Source: Paecilomyces variotii
Taxonomy: Eukaryota
Reading direction: 5' to 3' (one strand)
Assembly: GCA_004022145.1 (NCBI GenBank)
Contig: RCNU01000002.1
DNA: 64,000 nt
Both the position numbers and the translations under genes were made by a program. Every line of letters starts with the position of its first letter. Positions within the stretch are counted from its first letter, which is position 1. The notes beneath the pieces are model-generated. The model was not told the origin of the DNA. It saw only the letters and a list, made by a program, of their open reading frames with translations, and did no database searches. This document shows positions 12,661 through 26,237 of this stretch, piece by piece.

Positions 12661-15206
12661 TTAAAACAATTCTCTCATCACTCGAGAGAACTCTCCTCCG
12701 CCGCCCAGAATTGCTGGCAGCCCTTCGCCGGTATTTGACAGCTCGCCTTCTGTCCCAACAAACCCGTTGATACCATCTGCTCCCGAGTGGGACGCAAAGT
12801 TACCATAACCTCCCATTGCCTCAAAGAAATTCGTCAACTCGTGGCTGATCTGTAACCCGTTCATTGGACTGTTTCCAAGCTCACTAATTCCGCTTATCTG
12901 CCCGTAGACGGATAGGTCGTCGATAGAGTGACCGGCCAGACCAGCCATGGCAACTGCAGCCGTAGAGTGAGCGTCGTGGGTCTCCGAATCCAACGGACGT
13001 GCTAGCAGGCCGAGCTTTTCCCCCGTCTTCCTGAGACCCTTGATCGTCTTCCAGAGGCGTTTTGAGACATAGGACTTAGCACTGAACCCGTTGACCAGAT
13101 CCAGGGCCATATAGAATTCGTCTCGCACCTGTCGGTTAAAGTCGACGGGCGCATGACATGCAGCGAGCAAGAGGACAGCTAAAGAGGCGACTAGGAAATA
13201 GTTAAAGCAGACCTGCTGCGTGCGGTAGATATCTGACGTCTGATTCAGCCGCGTCAGGACCCGAACTGTGTCCTTGGCGATATCCACGACCGCCTGGGCG
13301 TGCGTTCGGTTTTCAGCAATGCTCGCCGCCGAATGTAAGACCGGGCGATATATAAGAATCCTCAGATGGTTCATACGTAGATACAGAAGTACACGTAGCC
13401 GCCTGAGGCCACGGCTGATGGACTCTCCATTCTGGGGCGACTCCACCGCGTAGAACTTCAGATTATCCGGTATCTGCTTATACCACTGGAGCACCTGATA
13501 GTCCAGAAAGCCAATTTCATCACGTCTGATGTCCGTTGTCCCTTCCGATCCGAGACCGGAATACCAGACTTTGGAGCAGAGGCGATTGTAAACGACCATC
13601 CACTTTAGATAGGGAACCGTACCATCCTGATAAAGGTCAGTAAATGCAAGAGACATGGGAATGGGAATATTTACTCACCGGCTCGGGTAGGTTAGGATCG
13701 ATGTCCTCGTCCTGGAATACGAATGGTAGCCCGGTACCGAAGCTCCACCGTCGATCCAGGGAATATATCGACCAGAAGGTTTTGGTCACCTCAGTCCATT
13801 GTTCTTCGTTCGGAAAAGACTTCAGCATGGCGTCTCGCCGATGAAGGCCCATCTCGAAGCACATGCGAGCTGTCATACCAATGAGGCGGTAAGCCATTAT
13901 TTCATCGTCGGTATGAAAGTAGTACGTCGCCTAAAGAAGGCTACCATCAGCAGTCGAACGACGAGTGATAGGTCAGAAGACTTACCGCAAGAGCAAAAAG
14001 CTGAATTGTCTTGATATCGACCGGCTCCCACAGCTTGGCCTGAAGTACAGGCGCTATGCTGTCGAAAAGTCGTCTCCCAAGCTCATTTTCCCCATTTCCT
14101 TCTACTATCATGGTCGTCGCCAATATAAATTTCAAGATAGTCGTGTCATCATCCTGAAGACAGTCGGAACCAGGAAGTCCTCTTTCCGCGAACCCGGTGC
14201 GAGTGGCTGCTTCGAGGAAAGTGTAAAGGAGATTGGTCTGCTGGATGACCTTTTCAATGTTAATCAAGGGATACATGATCCCGACCTCCTCTTCATAGAC
14301 ACGACACAACCTGATAGCCTCCTCGCGTTTAATGATCCATATGGGATCTTTGGACGGATGAACCGAAAATACTGGCGCTGCGGGTAACTGCTGGGGGGGA
14401 CTGCCGGCCGGAGTCGCATGCGCCGTATCGTCATGCGCATCTTCTAGTTGAGTTATCCCCATAGTCCGAAGACTGGATTTCGCAACGTCGAAGTTGAAAG
14501 CAGAGCTTGTTGGCCCTCGGAAATGAGGAGGTTTCATGCGCGACTTTGCCGGAGAAGGCTGAATCGATGGGAAAGCATGCGGAGGCAGCGAAGCCGAGTG
14601 TGAGCCATCACGGGAGAGAGCGTCGAAAGTGGGTGTCTCCGATGGCAGTTTATTGACCCGAAGACTATTGAGATTGGTAAATAGTGTATTCACCTGTTGC
14701 TGTAGGGAATCGATCTGCTGTTTCATCGTCTTGAACTCCCTGCGAAACAAACGCTACAGTCAGCGCATGCTAGACGACGCAATAAGAGATTTCCTGGCAA
14801 AATCAATGGAGCAAATACTTACTCAGAGTCCTTGAAGTTGCTAGAACAGCAATTCGGGGCATATTGGCCTGTGCGATATCGTGAGCGATGACCCGGATAG
14901 AAACAAAGGCGGACTGCATACACTCGAGGTTGAGGTGGCCGCAACGCTGACAGGGGACCTGGCCATTGCACTTGATCTTGCGTCTCTTGCACTCATTGCT
15001 ATAGGATCTGTCAGCAGAATAACATAGGGCGGAGAAAGGTAGGCCTACCATGCGATCGAGATGTACCGATTCCGCTTCGCGCGCGTGTGCGTTCCGCTGC
15101 CTGATTCCGCCTTTCTCTTGGTGCTGTCAGTGCCAGGTGAGGGCGCCTGAGCGTCCGTGGGAGTCATCAATGATGCTCCATTTGTATGAGACGAGTCAGA
15201 AGCCAT
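12661..15206 (-). CDS. Zn(II)2Cys6 transcription factor with fungal-specific TF domain (multi-exon)
   Basis: Spliced N-terminus MASDSS...RAKRNRYISIAC|NECKRRKIKCNGQVPCQRCGHLNLEC; middle-homology region GMTARMCFEMGLHR...FWSIYSLDRRWSFGTGLP in downstream exons. Confidence 0.9.
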
Positions 15207-15907
15207 GGCACCGCGACGTCAGTATGGATACTCTGTATTCAGAGGGAAGATCAGACGCTTTCCCAGCAAGGTTGGCGGTCGGACAGGAGAGAAGAGTGCG
15301 GAACGAAGAAATTGCGGGGTTTTCCCCGGATCCACTGGAGTTCGGGGAATAATGTACAGTACATAAATAGGTAATTATCGAAGGCAGACGTGGCAGCCAA
15401 GCAGGGCGAGCCGTCCAGAAGATCGAGTACGTGTCGATACCTGCACGATGCGAAGATCATCAGAAGTCCTGAAGCTCGAGGGGAATCCTATGTATTGAAT
15501 ATGTTTGGCTGAGATCTCAGCAGAGCTTCACTGCTTGGCCTTAGACAATCTGGTCATTCTGTCTCTATTTGGTATTTAGGGGCCCTCATAGATTGAATGG
15601 CTTGCTAGCCACAGAGAATCGCCTGCATTGATATATGCATCTCTACTTGGATCAGGGAACTACTAGTCAAGTTGCATACCAGAAGATGATAATCATCCAT
15701 TATTCTCCATCAAATCGCTGTGGGCCGACTTCTATGCCACGTGCCAAGGCTCCGAGCGCGGAATCAGTCCCGACGTACGAAGATCTCGCGTCTTTCTCTT
15801 CCATTATTACTGCTTACTTACTTACTTACTGTCCCTGTCGTGCGAATTCACGTACCAGCCAGTCATCTAACAGCTCCACGATCTCAGGGCCTAAAGCAGA
15901 CGGCTGG

Positions 15908-16919
15908 ATGAGGCATCAGCAATGCTGGCGGATGCTTAATCACCCGTTGGTGCGGGCCTTTGTTCAGGCTTCTCGATCGCGCAGGTCGTGTCCTTGGGAG
16001 ACCAATTGCAGAGGCCATGCCACTCTCCCAGGCTCACCGTACCGCCCAGTCGATATCCTTGAGGATGGCAGCGTGAACCGTTTCCGTGATATGTGCTTCG
16101 AACCGCAACGGCCAGCCCTTCTCCCGCGCGGCCATTTCCGTGACCTCCCAGCATTCCAGCGATGGTTCGTTCGAGATTCACCATCCGCAACTCGATTGAA
16201 CTACGAATACCTGCAGCAGTCAGGAGAGACTCTTGTGCCTCTGGAACTTACCAGTGCTGATGACGGCAGTTTCCAGCGGTTCAACGCTCCATTGAGCCTT
16301 TTTCTGCAATGGACACAGGCGGCCGAAGCGCAATCGTCGCGTCTCTATCTCGCCCAATGCCAGCTTTCCGACCTCCCTCCGTCTCTCCGGGATGGTTGTC
16401 CAACGCCGGACCTGGTGGCGCAGGCAGGAAGGGGCGATATTTACGATGCGAATATTTGGATGGGGATGCCTCCCACTTATACACCGCTCCATCGGGATCC
16501 GAATCCAAACCTCTTCGTCCAGTTGGCCGGTGAGAAAGTCGTCAGACTATTGTCACCAATGGCGGGGATGCGCGTGTTTTCCCGTGTGAGGCAGGAATTA
16601 GGCCAGGATGTAGGCCATGCAGCAGCTGTCTTTCGAGGCGACGAGATGATGCACGGTCCGGAGAGGGTCCTCCTGGAAAAGGTCGTCTGGGGTGATAATG
16701 ATGGAAATCACGTATGCGCCGAAGACTCTAAACAGGACTGCGAAAGTTACGAAGCGCGCCTTGGGGCGGGTGATGGACTGTTCATCCCCAACGGCTGGTG
16801 GCACAGCATCAAAGGAATCGGCGACGGGGTCACAGCATCGGTACGTTACTGTTTCTGCTTTATGCCTTGCTCCCCAGAACTCACATTTTGATCACTAGGT
16901 AAACTGGTGGTTCCGCTAG
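15908..16919 (+). CDS. JmjC/cupin-like Fe(II)/2-oxoglutarate oxygenase (intron 16841-16898; start ATG 15908 or 15932)
   Basis: LYLAQ, NIWMG..TYTPLHRDPNPNLFVQLAGEK (HxD), GDGLFIPNGWWHSI (distal His); last exon VNWWFR*. Confidence 0.85.
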
Positions 16920-18234
16920 CCCTGTTCGTCTCGTCTTCTCCGACTTCCCTGCAACCAGCTCTAAGCATCCACTCAGTCCAGCAGTACATCACTCAAAAGG
17001 TGCAGTACCGGTTCAACAATTCCAGAGTACAAGTGCTGCATCGTAGGACTTACTTTGAGTTAACGAGACAGCATGCGACGACAGCATTTTGCAAGTAAAA
17101 TCAGCAATAACAGGATCATCAGTTTACGTTGCGCTGATCGGTTGCGTAGATATATTTGTAGGCAGCTCTCCACCTTACGGCATATTACATATCCTATATT
17201 TGCGGTGGCTGAAATATGGTTCAAGATGTAAGTCCTCGTTCTGGCTTCCGGAACGGTGTCGGGCCATGGAACGAGAGATCTCTTACCGTAAGGTAGTATT
17301 TGAAATCGGCTCAGTTACCATCAGACTATTTGTGGTATCATCAGCGACGCGAGAGCAGGTATCTACTGGACAATGCTTTTCCAAAGGACTTCGTAGGTAC
17401 AGATAGGCTGTTGGATCTCTCCGGCGGCTAGAGATCGATATTGGCCAGTGGCTGCGCTCCCCTGATAAGAGTCCGTTTCAGCGTCAAGGCATAAACCCAA
17501 CGAGTTCCTCAAGACCATTCAATGACACGTTACTTGCAGCCCAATGATCTAACCTGAACAGCGAGGCGTTGAAACGCCATGATCGCGATCGTCATATTGG
17601 CCCTGGTAGTGTCGTCTATAGCGCGATAGACATCAGGTCGCATTCACAGGGACCAGTAAGAGGACAAGGCAGCATGTCTTGAAGGGTTCAATGGGAAACC
17701 ACCATTTTACAGCGCCAGCTCCCTATTGATGCGCATGAATGGCTATTGATGCCGGATATCTTCTGCCTTGTGTTTCATGGCCTCACCATGATTTTCTTTC
17801 CGCTTGGTTGTGTTCTCGGGCCCTGGCTCGGGTGCTCAGCTGTCAAGAACTCGCTATTGTTGACCCCCAGAAGATGAAAGAGTCACAGTGAATAGCCTTA
17901 TTACCCATCGTTGGGCGTCTATTGTACAGTGCTTTATTCCCACGGCTGTCGGTGTTAGCATACAACTTTTCCTTTCTCTATCTCTCTTCCTTCTCTCGTC
18001 ATCGTCTACGTTCCTTGCTGCTGGTCAGATCCGTTCTATATCTTTTCATATTCCAAAAAGACTAACTCGTTGATCGATTATTCTGTATTTCATCCTTTAT
18101 ACTTCAGTGCAAAAAAAGAAAGGGAAAACGAACCCTGTCTGCGATACACCAATAATTTCTCTTCGAACTGACTCACCGACGGTGTCCTTCATTCAACGAC
18201 AATCTGTCCGGCGTCATCGAGAGGCTTGACCAAA

Positions 18235-19126
18235 ATGGCCATCTTCGACAGATCCCTGGCTGGTCCAGGCTATGTGATTCTCAATACTATCCGCGTCATG
18301 AATATCATCGTGTTCCTTACGATCATTGCTGCGTGCGCCGTCATGCTTGTCAAAATCAAACTAGTCAACAGCTTCTTCTTTTTCGAGGCCGTAGGGCATG
18401 TCATTACTGCGAGTATTAGCAGTGAGTATTCCATCATAGAAGGCAAAAATCATTCGTAGTATTAGCTAGCTGACCATGGCAGTTTTTCTCATTATATCTG
18501 AACTAAATATTCTTCGCGGTTATTTCAACAAGCACTGGCCCCTTCTGGGACAGGAGTCGGGATTTACGACCTTCGCATTCGCAATGGCCACTATTGGGAT
18601 TTCCCTGCTGGGAGATCTCAACTCGTCGGAAACGAGCCAGAAAGCCTTGGGGCTTGCCTTCTGGAGAATAGTAGCCGCGGCGGGTATCCTCGCCATTACC
18701 ATGGCATTCGTCAATCTATTGACCGTAAGTCCGATTCGTGTATAGTATACGAAGTCCGAAAGCTAATCATGCCAAACTCAGAGTTTCATATTTGCAGACA
18801 GAAAGGCCGGAGTGACTGCGCGTCATGTCCGTGCCTATGGCGCCGTTGCTCCCCAGAAAGTCTTCATCACCCGATCGAGCAGCAACAAGTCCTTCCAACT
18901 CGGTATGAATCGCGAAGAAACACTTCCAACTTACCGTCCGAGTACCGCGAGCACCAGATCCATGTCGATGCGCAACGCAACTCGATTCCCCTTGAAGATC
19001 TCCTCGCCCATCAACCACAACCACCAGTTCCAGGACGCCTCTTCGTCGCGATATTCCAGGGACGAGAATGATGTCTCAGTTCCGAACTTGGCACACCATC
19101 CCGCTATGTACTCTGGTCACATCTAA
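18235..19126 (+). CDS. Uncharacterised fungal four-TM membrane protein (exons 18235-18421, 18483-18724, 18783-19126)
   Basis: Three ORFs join through canonical introns; hydrophobic helices followed by a Ser/Pro-rich tail (LKISSP). Confidence 0.8.
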
Positions 19127-19758
19127 GAGAGTCATTCGACCTCGTCCCTGAGATCAGGACGTAGCCCTAGCTCCAGCTCCCTGTTGTGGAAATCTCCCAA
19201 TTAGGACATTGATACATCCCCTTCCCAACCGCGGTGACTCCTCTGATAATATGCCAGATCATATTTGCAGCACTGGATCCACCACTTTCTTTCAACTTTC
19301 GAAAGCTTTATTTTTAATATCGCATGTACATATAAACTGTTATTCTCATGGTTCTTTGAGCGGGAGCGTAGTTTGGGGCAGGTCCATCCATATACTCGGG
19401 AAATGCTCAGGATCGGCAAGTCTTTATTTTTGTTATTAACAAAAAAAGAAGAAAAAAGGAATATAAATGACGAAATATGTATCTTTATCAGATGAAATCG
19501 AAATATATTCCTTATTCTTTCACCATTGAAATGTAGTACTCGGGGTATGTACGTACCATAGGAGCTTGCCAGTTAGTCTTGGCACCACCTTGCCTCCGGA
19601 GTCCTGATAGCTTACTCCGAACGGACACAGTCCTACCTCCATACTCCATAACACGACAAGCCCTCGCGTCCTCCGACGACGCCGCAGCAAGCACTTTTTG
19701 ACCTTTGGTTTATGCTATCCAGACATGTGACGGTGGAAGTCACATACTTCGGAACAAG

Positions 19759-21008
19759 ATGGTTGAAGTAGGGATCTCTTTCCAGACGTACGTCCATCCG
19801 CAACTCTTCGCCTTTACTCTACCTCTATCTATTGTTGGTTATCATTATTATTCTAGCTAACACCCCCGCTCGTGCACAGCATCAAATCACTCCTCATCTT
19901 CTTCGCACCGATTATCATCCCGCGAGCAATAAATCTTTATCGAGGCCTTCGGATCTCCCTGTCGCAGGCAGGCAGGATTCCGCCGCGCCCGCTTTCTCCG
20001 CTCGCTACTCGCGCTTTGAATGTCTTATTCTTCGCTATCGTCCTTTTTCTCCTGCTCAGTTTACCGGTCAATCCGCATGCTCCGGCTGCGAATATATTCT
20101 CGCTGACGCGTTCGAGACTGAATACTCCGACGGAGGTGATATTTACTCGGTTGGCGCGTCATCGGGCGGATAATGTGCTTACGGAGGAGGATACGCTGTT
20201 ACGATCCAAGTTGACCTCGATGGCGGCGAGGAAGGCTTATCTTCGCTTTGGGGCGGAGCCTTTGATTAATTGCCAGTTCTGTTCGCCGGGTAGTCTGCAG
20301 TCTTATCTGCTTTACTATCTGCCGTTCAATGTGCTGGTGCCGCATCTTTTCCATATGCTTATTGTCGGCTTGGTTACGTCTGCGCCTTTTGCGGGTCAGG
20401 AGGCGGCGCAGTGGAGGAATACGTTTACTCTTGCGGGCCTTGCCCTTGCTGCGGTTGACTTGTATATAATGGCGACTTATGACCCTGTGCAGTCCGCGTC
20501 TACTGCCGTCAAGTTTGGTCAGGCGCCGCCGTCGGCTCTATACTATCGAATGGCTCTGGGACGGCCATTGGCGTTCACTATATTGGACGCTGTGTATGCC
20601 GCTCTGATCTACGTTTCTGCCACGGGTCGCCTCTTCTTCAGCCCGCCCTCGCAGGCGGACCAGATCGATCAGATTGTTTCAACAGCGACTTCGTCACTGA
20701 CAAGCGCCAGTTCGAAGCTGCACGCATTGAGCGTAACACGCAATGCTGTGGTGAGGCAGAAGGTGCTGAAGAACCGGGACGATGAGTACTGGCGCGCAGT
20801 GGTGGCTATGGAGGGTTCTGGCGGTAATGCAGACGGCAACTCAGGAAGCATCTGGGAGGAAGAAGAGGTCGTGAAAGCCATGTCGAGAGCTATGAATGGA
20901 CAGGCACGCGGAGGCATTGATCTATCAAGGCTAGGTGTCCAGGCGGGCGAGTATGTCGACGAGGTGACAGCTGGTCTGGAGAACGACGCCGTCGAGCGCC
21001 CTGAGTGA
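19759..21008 (+). CDS. Uncharacterised multi-pass membrane protein (intron 19788-19879)
   Basis: MVEVGISFQT|IKSLLIFFAP joins a 378-codon ORF with several TM segments and YLRFG...CQFC. Confidence 0.8.
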
Positions 21009-22144
21009 GGTCTGACATCCGCGATGCGCGATAGAGCCTTTGCAAAGACAAATAGATTGTAAAAATGTTTCTCTTATTGGTTTCTGGCTTCGATATAGCG
21101 ACAAGTCGGCGTTATCTAGTGAAAAGCGATACTCTATAGGGTATAGCACGCAGCTGTGACACGCGCCTCCACGTGGAAGTCAAGGTATCTATGCTGGACT
21201 GGCTCCCCACTGATTCAGAACGGACCCGTAAGATCAACCGTTTTCTCTTGCCGAAAATGTAATTATCAGTGCGAACTTCGAAGGATAGAGAAACAGAGAC
21301 TCGCAGAGTCGAGAAATGTCGAAGTACTGTTCGTCACAAAGCTAGAGTAGTCTCACCATGATCCATGGGCCTAGCATCTGCAGCATGACGATCTCCAGTC
21401 AGGATGGAGTATAGTACAGTACTCGCAGAGAGTAAGCTTTCTTGCAGAATATGCGCCGTAGTCCATAGAGAAATGGTTGAGCCCAACCAGACAGTTGCTC
21501 CATCTGATCAACGGGAGGAGAGACGAATACCTGGCAGCCCGTTGGTCCCTTCTGCCAAGCATGGACTTGTCGATTGTCCAAGGGAACCAAACGAACCAGT
21601 GGCACGCCAGACACTGCCAGCTGTGCACTGGAGCAATTTTCAGATGCCCTGTGACCCTGTCCGCCGTGTCTCAAGCGCAGTAGCTTCAACAGAGTCCTCG
21701 AGATGTGGAGAGAGCGTGGAGCATCGTGCCGCCATCATTGGGGCTTTGGCGTGTAGGCGGTGAGGGGGCAGCGAAGATCGGGGCATCTTCCACGAGACGA
21801 TCAACTCCTCACCACAAGACACTACGCGCTTTCTCCCGCCCCCATTGCCTTGTGCTCTTTTCCTGCTAGGGCTGCTTGTCCAGCTTTGTCTGCTCCCCTC
21901 CATCTCTTGTTTGGTCTTCAGTCGTGACTCTCAGTCTGTCTTTGTTGTTGTGCCAGTTCCAATTGTCCGGAACCTGTCAGGTACAGGATCGAACGTTCAG
22001 GAACCTGCGGCAGAATCACCAGACTTCTCACAACAATAAACACGCACATTCCCCTTGTATCGACCCCTCACACACTGACGGATCGGCACGGCTACATTTC
22101 ATAGGGCAAACAACTCTAGGTTATCTCAATCTCAGATCCTTATC

Positions 22145-23701
22145 ATGTCCAAAGAGACGTCTCCCCCGTCGCAATCGGTGACGGAACTCAACGCATGTGT
22201 TTCAACATCTAGCGGTCACCGGAATCCCAAAGAAACCACTTTTCGAGAATGGCTGTTGGAAAACCAGATTGGTACGTCAATCAATGGCTGCAGATTCTTG
22301 TTTCTTCCTGGGTTGGCACATCTCTTATACTGCAATCCATACTGACTGGTCGCCAGGTGCCTCTGTTACAATCCTGGCGATGCTATTGGCGGTTCATAAC
22401 CTGTACCCATCATTGCGGCCTTATACCGAGCCATTCTTCCAGCTTCAATACTACCAACCGAATACCGGCCTCTACACTCAAGGATGGGATGATATCTACT
22501 TTGTTATTTGTTCCGCCATCGGCTTCACCGCAGTGCGCGCAATTGCTATCGACTGGGTGTTCTGGCCCATGGGCCGACGTTGGGGTTTGAAAAGGAAAGC
22601 TTCAATCCGACTTGCGGAACAAGCTTGGATGGCCATTTATTATGGCTTGTTTTGGTCATGCGGAATGGTTCGTTTTCTCTTTACTTCCGCGGAAAACAAA
22701 GGAACCTATCCACTGATATACTTCCCGCTTTTAGTATCTCTGGTCTCATTCCAACTACTGGCTCGATTTCAAGGCCGTCTGGTCCGACTGGCCGTCGCGC
22801 GAAATGACCGTTTTCATGAAGTGGTATCTTCTTACGCAGTTGTCGTTCTGGATGCAGCAGCTTTTGGTGATCCACGTTGAAGAGAAGAGAAAAGATCACT
22901 ACCAGATGCTTTCTCATCATGTTGCCACGATCACCCTACTCACTTCCGCCTATATATATAGCTTTTACAACGTTTCCAACGTTGTTCTCTGCCTGATGGA
23001 CATTGTGGACCTCCTTCTGCCGGTAAGAACCCTCAAAAGATGCCAGCGCCCCTCAAGCGAATATTCTAACAGGCAATGCTGGGCAGATTGCAAAGATTCT
23101 GAAGTACTTGAAGTACGAAATGGCCTGCAACATCGTCTTCGGTGTATTCGTCCTTACATGGCTCGTCACGCGCCACATAGCGTACCCGCTTCTCTGCTGG
23201 TCGATCTACAAGGATGTCCCGGATCAGATGGCGTACGGTTGTTATTCCGGTGCCACTACGGAGATGATCTCAACGAACGGATACCCGGATAACTGGGGCC
23301 ATCTCTTGGGTCCTTTCAAAGATCTTAATGGCCCAATCTGTATGAACCGTCGTGTCAAGTGGATCTTTCTCTCTTTCCTCCTGTTCCTCCAAGGTCTTTC
23401 CTTGATCTGGTTTGGAATGGTCATTCGCGTGGTCGTTGGAGTTCTGCGTACAGGAAATGCTGAGGACACTCGAAGCGACGATGAAGAAGACGAGGTGGAG
23501 TCGGACTCCCAAGTCAGCAGTATGAGGCGAAAGGAGATGGCTAAGAACAGCATTGGTGACAGCAGCTCCAACTCGGAGGCAGCATTCCGCAGGTCGAGCA
23601 GTCGTCCTGTTCGAAGCCGTGGCCGTGGAGGAATCCGACTCGGTGATCAGAGCGACAGGAAAGCCCTGCTTGGTCGTATCGGATGCGACAAGCCCACCTA
23701 A
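22145..23701 (+). CDS. barA: Ceramide synthase (TLC/Lag1 domain), BarA-type; 4 exons
   Basis: Lag1 motif RKDHYQMLSHHVAT...YSFYNVSNVVLCLMDIVDLLLP|AKILKY; AEDTRSDDEED; C-terminal LLGRIGCDKP. The motif wording matches the BarA clade rather than LagA as recalled. Confidence 0.85.
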
Positions 23702-24978
23702 CCCTTTGCATTTCTGGCATATGATAGTCTTTGTCTTTGTCTTCATTTTATTTCTCTCGTCATCTTTAAGCGTGCTGTCGCTTTCGAATGTATGCCCTCT
23801 TCAGCAAATCTGGGCTTGTTATTTTCAACCTGCAATTACACCTTCACGTCAATTTTCGATGGTAACGACGAGGCGGACTTCCTTTCTTGTCATGGTGCAA
23901 CACTTTCTTATTTGTTCTATTCTTGGTGATCTGAATGATCTCAGCGTCTATAAGATCTCTCGCTGCAGTTGAATGTCGGCTACGGCTTGACAGAGGGATT
24001 GAATGCCCTGTACGAATGCTCACGTGTTTCCGATTCCAATCTCTGAAGAGATTGCGATGCAAATGAATACCCGGTCGCAATGTTTGTTCCTGTATGTTGT
24101 GCTTGTGTTTTTTTCCTTCCTGATCATCATGTTGTCATTTGCGAAATATCTGCATTCGATGAACACACGTCAAGGTCGGCATGTTAAGTGGTTTAACGGG
24201 ATGTAAAAAGAGAAATTTGACATGGAACGGGTTGTCTATCCGCGCTGGTCTTCCTTCCTTTGCCTCGTTCGTGTGTATGTGGTCCAGACTCTTTCTGCTG
24301 GGCCAAAATCACCTGTGGCTCGATTGAGCTAGGTGTGCTACGTGAGAACTCTACGAGAAAACATGCTTCAATTAAGCTGTTTGGTTTGAATTATATGGCA
24401 ATGAATAACGACTGAACAGGACTCGTCCCTCAGTTCAGCCGCTTGGCTGTCCATCTCTGCTCTGTACCAATATGGTCTTTGATGCCTGTTGTAAAAGTAG
24501 ACCTAACAGCTGTCCATGGCTGATACATTTGTGATCTCCAAGACCGTTATTATATCCATCAAGACGCCATATACCCCCTATATTCTCTAGGAACGGACTA
24601 GATCTCATGTCTCGAACCACCTGTCTCGCTCCTTCGAGCGGCTTCCAAGTAGTAGACAATGGTGCACCGCGGACCACTGTCTTGCTCAACACTGATAAGG
24701 GGTTCAGAAGGGGTTCAGACCTCGAAAACCCCGACGAAAACGGACAGCACGCTTCTTTTGAGCTTTGTCCTAGCGCCTAGTGTTCCGAATATGTCTTGCA
24801 GTAGTCTAGGACCGCGTCGGTGCCCCGGCTAAGTGGACCATGTGGCTGCCGGGGAAGTTCAGCCCCCCTTTTTATAGTCGTGAGGACGTGCACAGTATCT
24901 AGTCAATTTCTCAACGGCATCAGTGCCAAGGCTCATAGCAGCGTAGGATCATATCATTTTGCTGTTCTTTATGGGAAG

Positions 24979-25962
24979 TCATGATCCGTCTTTCTCTCGA
25001 AGCTTCGCCAGAGCTGCCGCGATACCTTCACTCACCCCTTCCTCCTCCTGACGCTGAGAATTTGGCACCTCTGAGCTCTCTATGTCTCTGCGTTCCGCTT
25101 CTCTAATGCTAGCCTCCTGAGCAGCAAGGAGCATGGCCTCCTCTTCACCCTGCTCCTCCTGTCTCTCGGGGGGACGGGCTGCCGCACTAGTCACAGGCGG
25201 AGGATTCCTAACAGGCGCGGTCTGTCTCTTCGCCTTTTCCACACGAAAGCCTTCTCTCACGGCACCGCACCACTGTCGTACCTTTTTCTCTCCCCAGCCC
25301 GGTACCATGCTGATCTGCTCTGGCTGTGCGTTGACAGCAGCCTGCAGACTGCCAAAGTTCGAGATCAAGCTCGCCGCGTCCGACTTGTTGATGCTCCTTG
25401 GCACGGTCACAAATTCAATCAAACTCTCCTGATAAGACTGCGCCTGCTGAGAGCGAATCGCAGTAGGCTGCGCATTTTCCGAAGACTTAAACAATTCCAA
25501 ATAATGAGCAGCTTCCGGCGCAGACCAGCATAGAATCAAAGTCAGATTATTGATAATCGACGTCTTTGACAGTTCCTTCAGACTGTCTTCGTGATTCGGT
25601 ATATCCACCATCACAAGGAGGATACGCAGGTTATATTTACCTGCCAGCAGTCTGATTCGCGAATAAATGTATTCTGGATGTAGACGATGGTACTTTAAAG
25701 ACAGGAACAGCGCACATGTAGTGCTGCCAACTACGTAGTCAGCTGGGATATCGGCGTATTCCCACGGGACGAGTTTGATATGGTTTAAGATCGGGTTTCC
25801 CCTCTGTCTGGTCGAGACGAGGACTGCAGAAGGGGCATTTCTGTTGGGTAGTGCTTGAGGCTTCGGTTGCTGGACTTTGGTTGGCTGTGTAGAAGTAGAG
25901 GAAGGTCGTGGGTTAGGCGCTTCAGTGGATTTCTCTGGTTCTTGGGAAGTAGTTGGATCCAT
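24979..25962 (-). CDS. rad10: ERCC1/Rad10/Swi10 excision-repair endonuclease subunit
   Basis: VSTRQRGNPILNHI, ALFLSLKYHRLHPEYIYSRI, CWSAPEAAHYLE, HhH motif VPGWGEKK. Confidence 0.95.
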   Translation of the reverse strand: MDPTTSQEPEKSTEAPNPRPSSTSTQPTKVQQPKPQALPNRNAPSAVLVSTRQRGNPILNHIKLVPWEYADIPADYVVGSTTCALFLSLKYHRLHPEYIYSRIRLLAGKYNLRILLVMVDIPNHEDSLKELSKTSIINNLTLILCWSAPEAAHYLELFKSSENAQPTAIRSQQAQSYQESLIEFVTVPRSINKSDAASLISNFGSLQAAVNAQPEQISMVPGWGEKKVRQWCGAVREGFRVEKAKRQTAPVRNPPPVTSAAARPPERQEEQGEEEAMLLAAQEASIREAERRDIESSEVPNSQRQEEEGVSEGIAAALAKLREKDGS

Positions 25963-26237
25963 CCTGGGAGGTAGACCAGGATCGTGTTGAGATTGGTATT
26001 ATTGTATTAAATAATGGAGAGCTTGAGGAAAGATTAGTTAACTAATTAACTAGGTATTGATCAGTGGAATAGTTGAATAGTTTAAGACTGGTTGATGATT
26101 ACTACTATCGCGGATCGGCCCAAGAGTCTTATCTCACCGCCCGGAGCTCCTAGCGTTGGTTTCGCCGCCAAAACTAACTTACTTTTCACTTTTTCTGCCG
26201 CCCGCCATCTGAAGAAATAAATTCAGCAGTTGCAACA

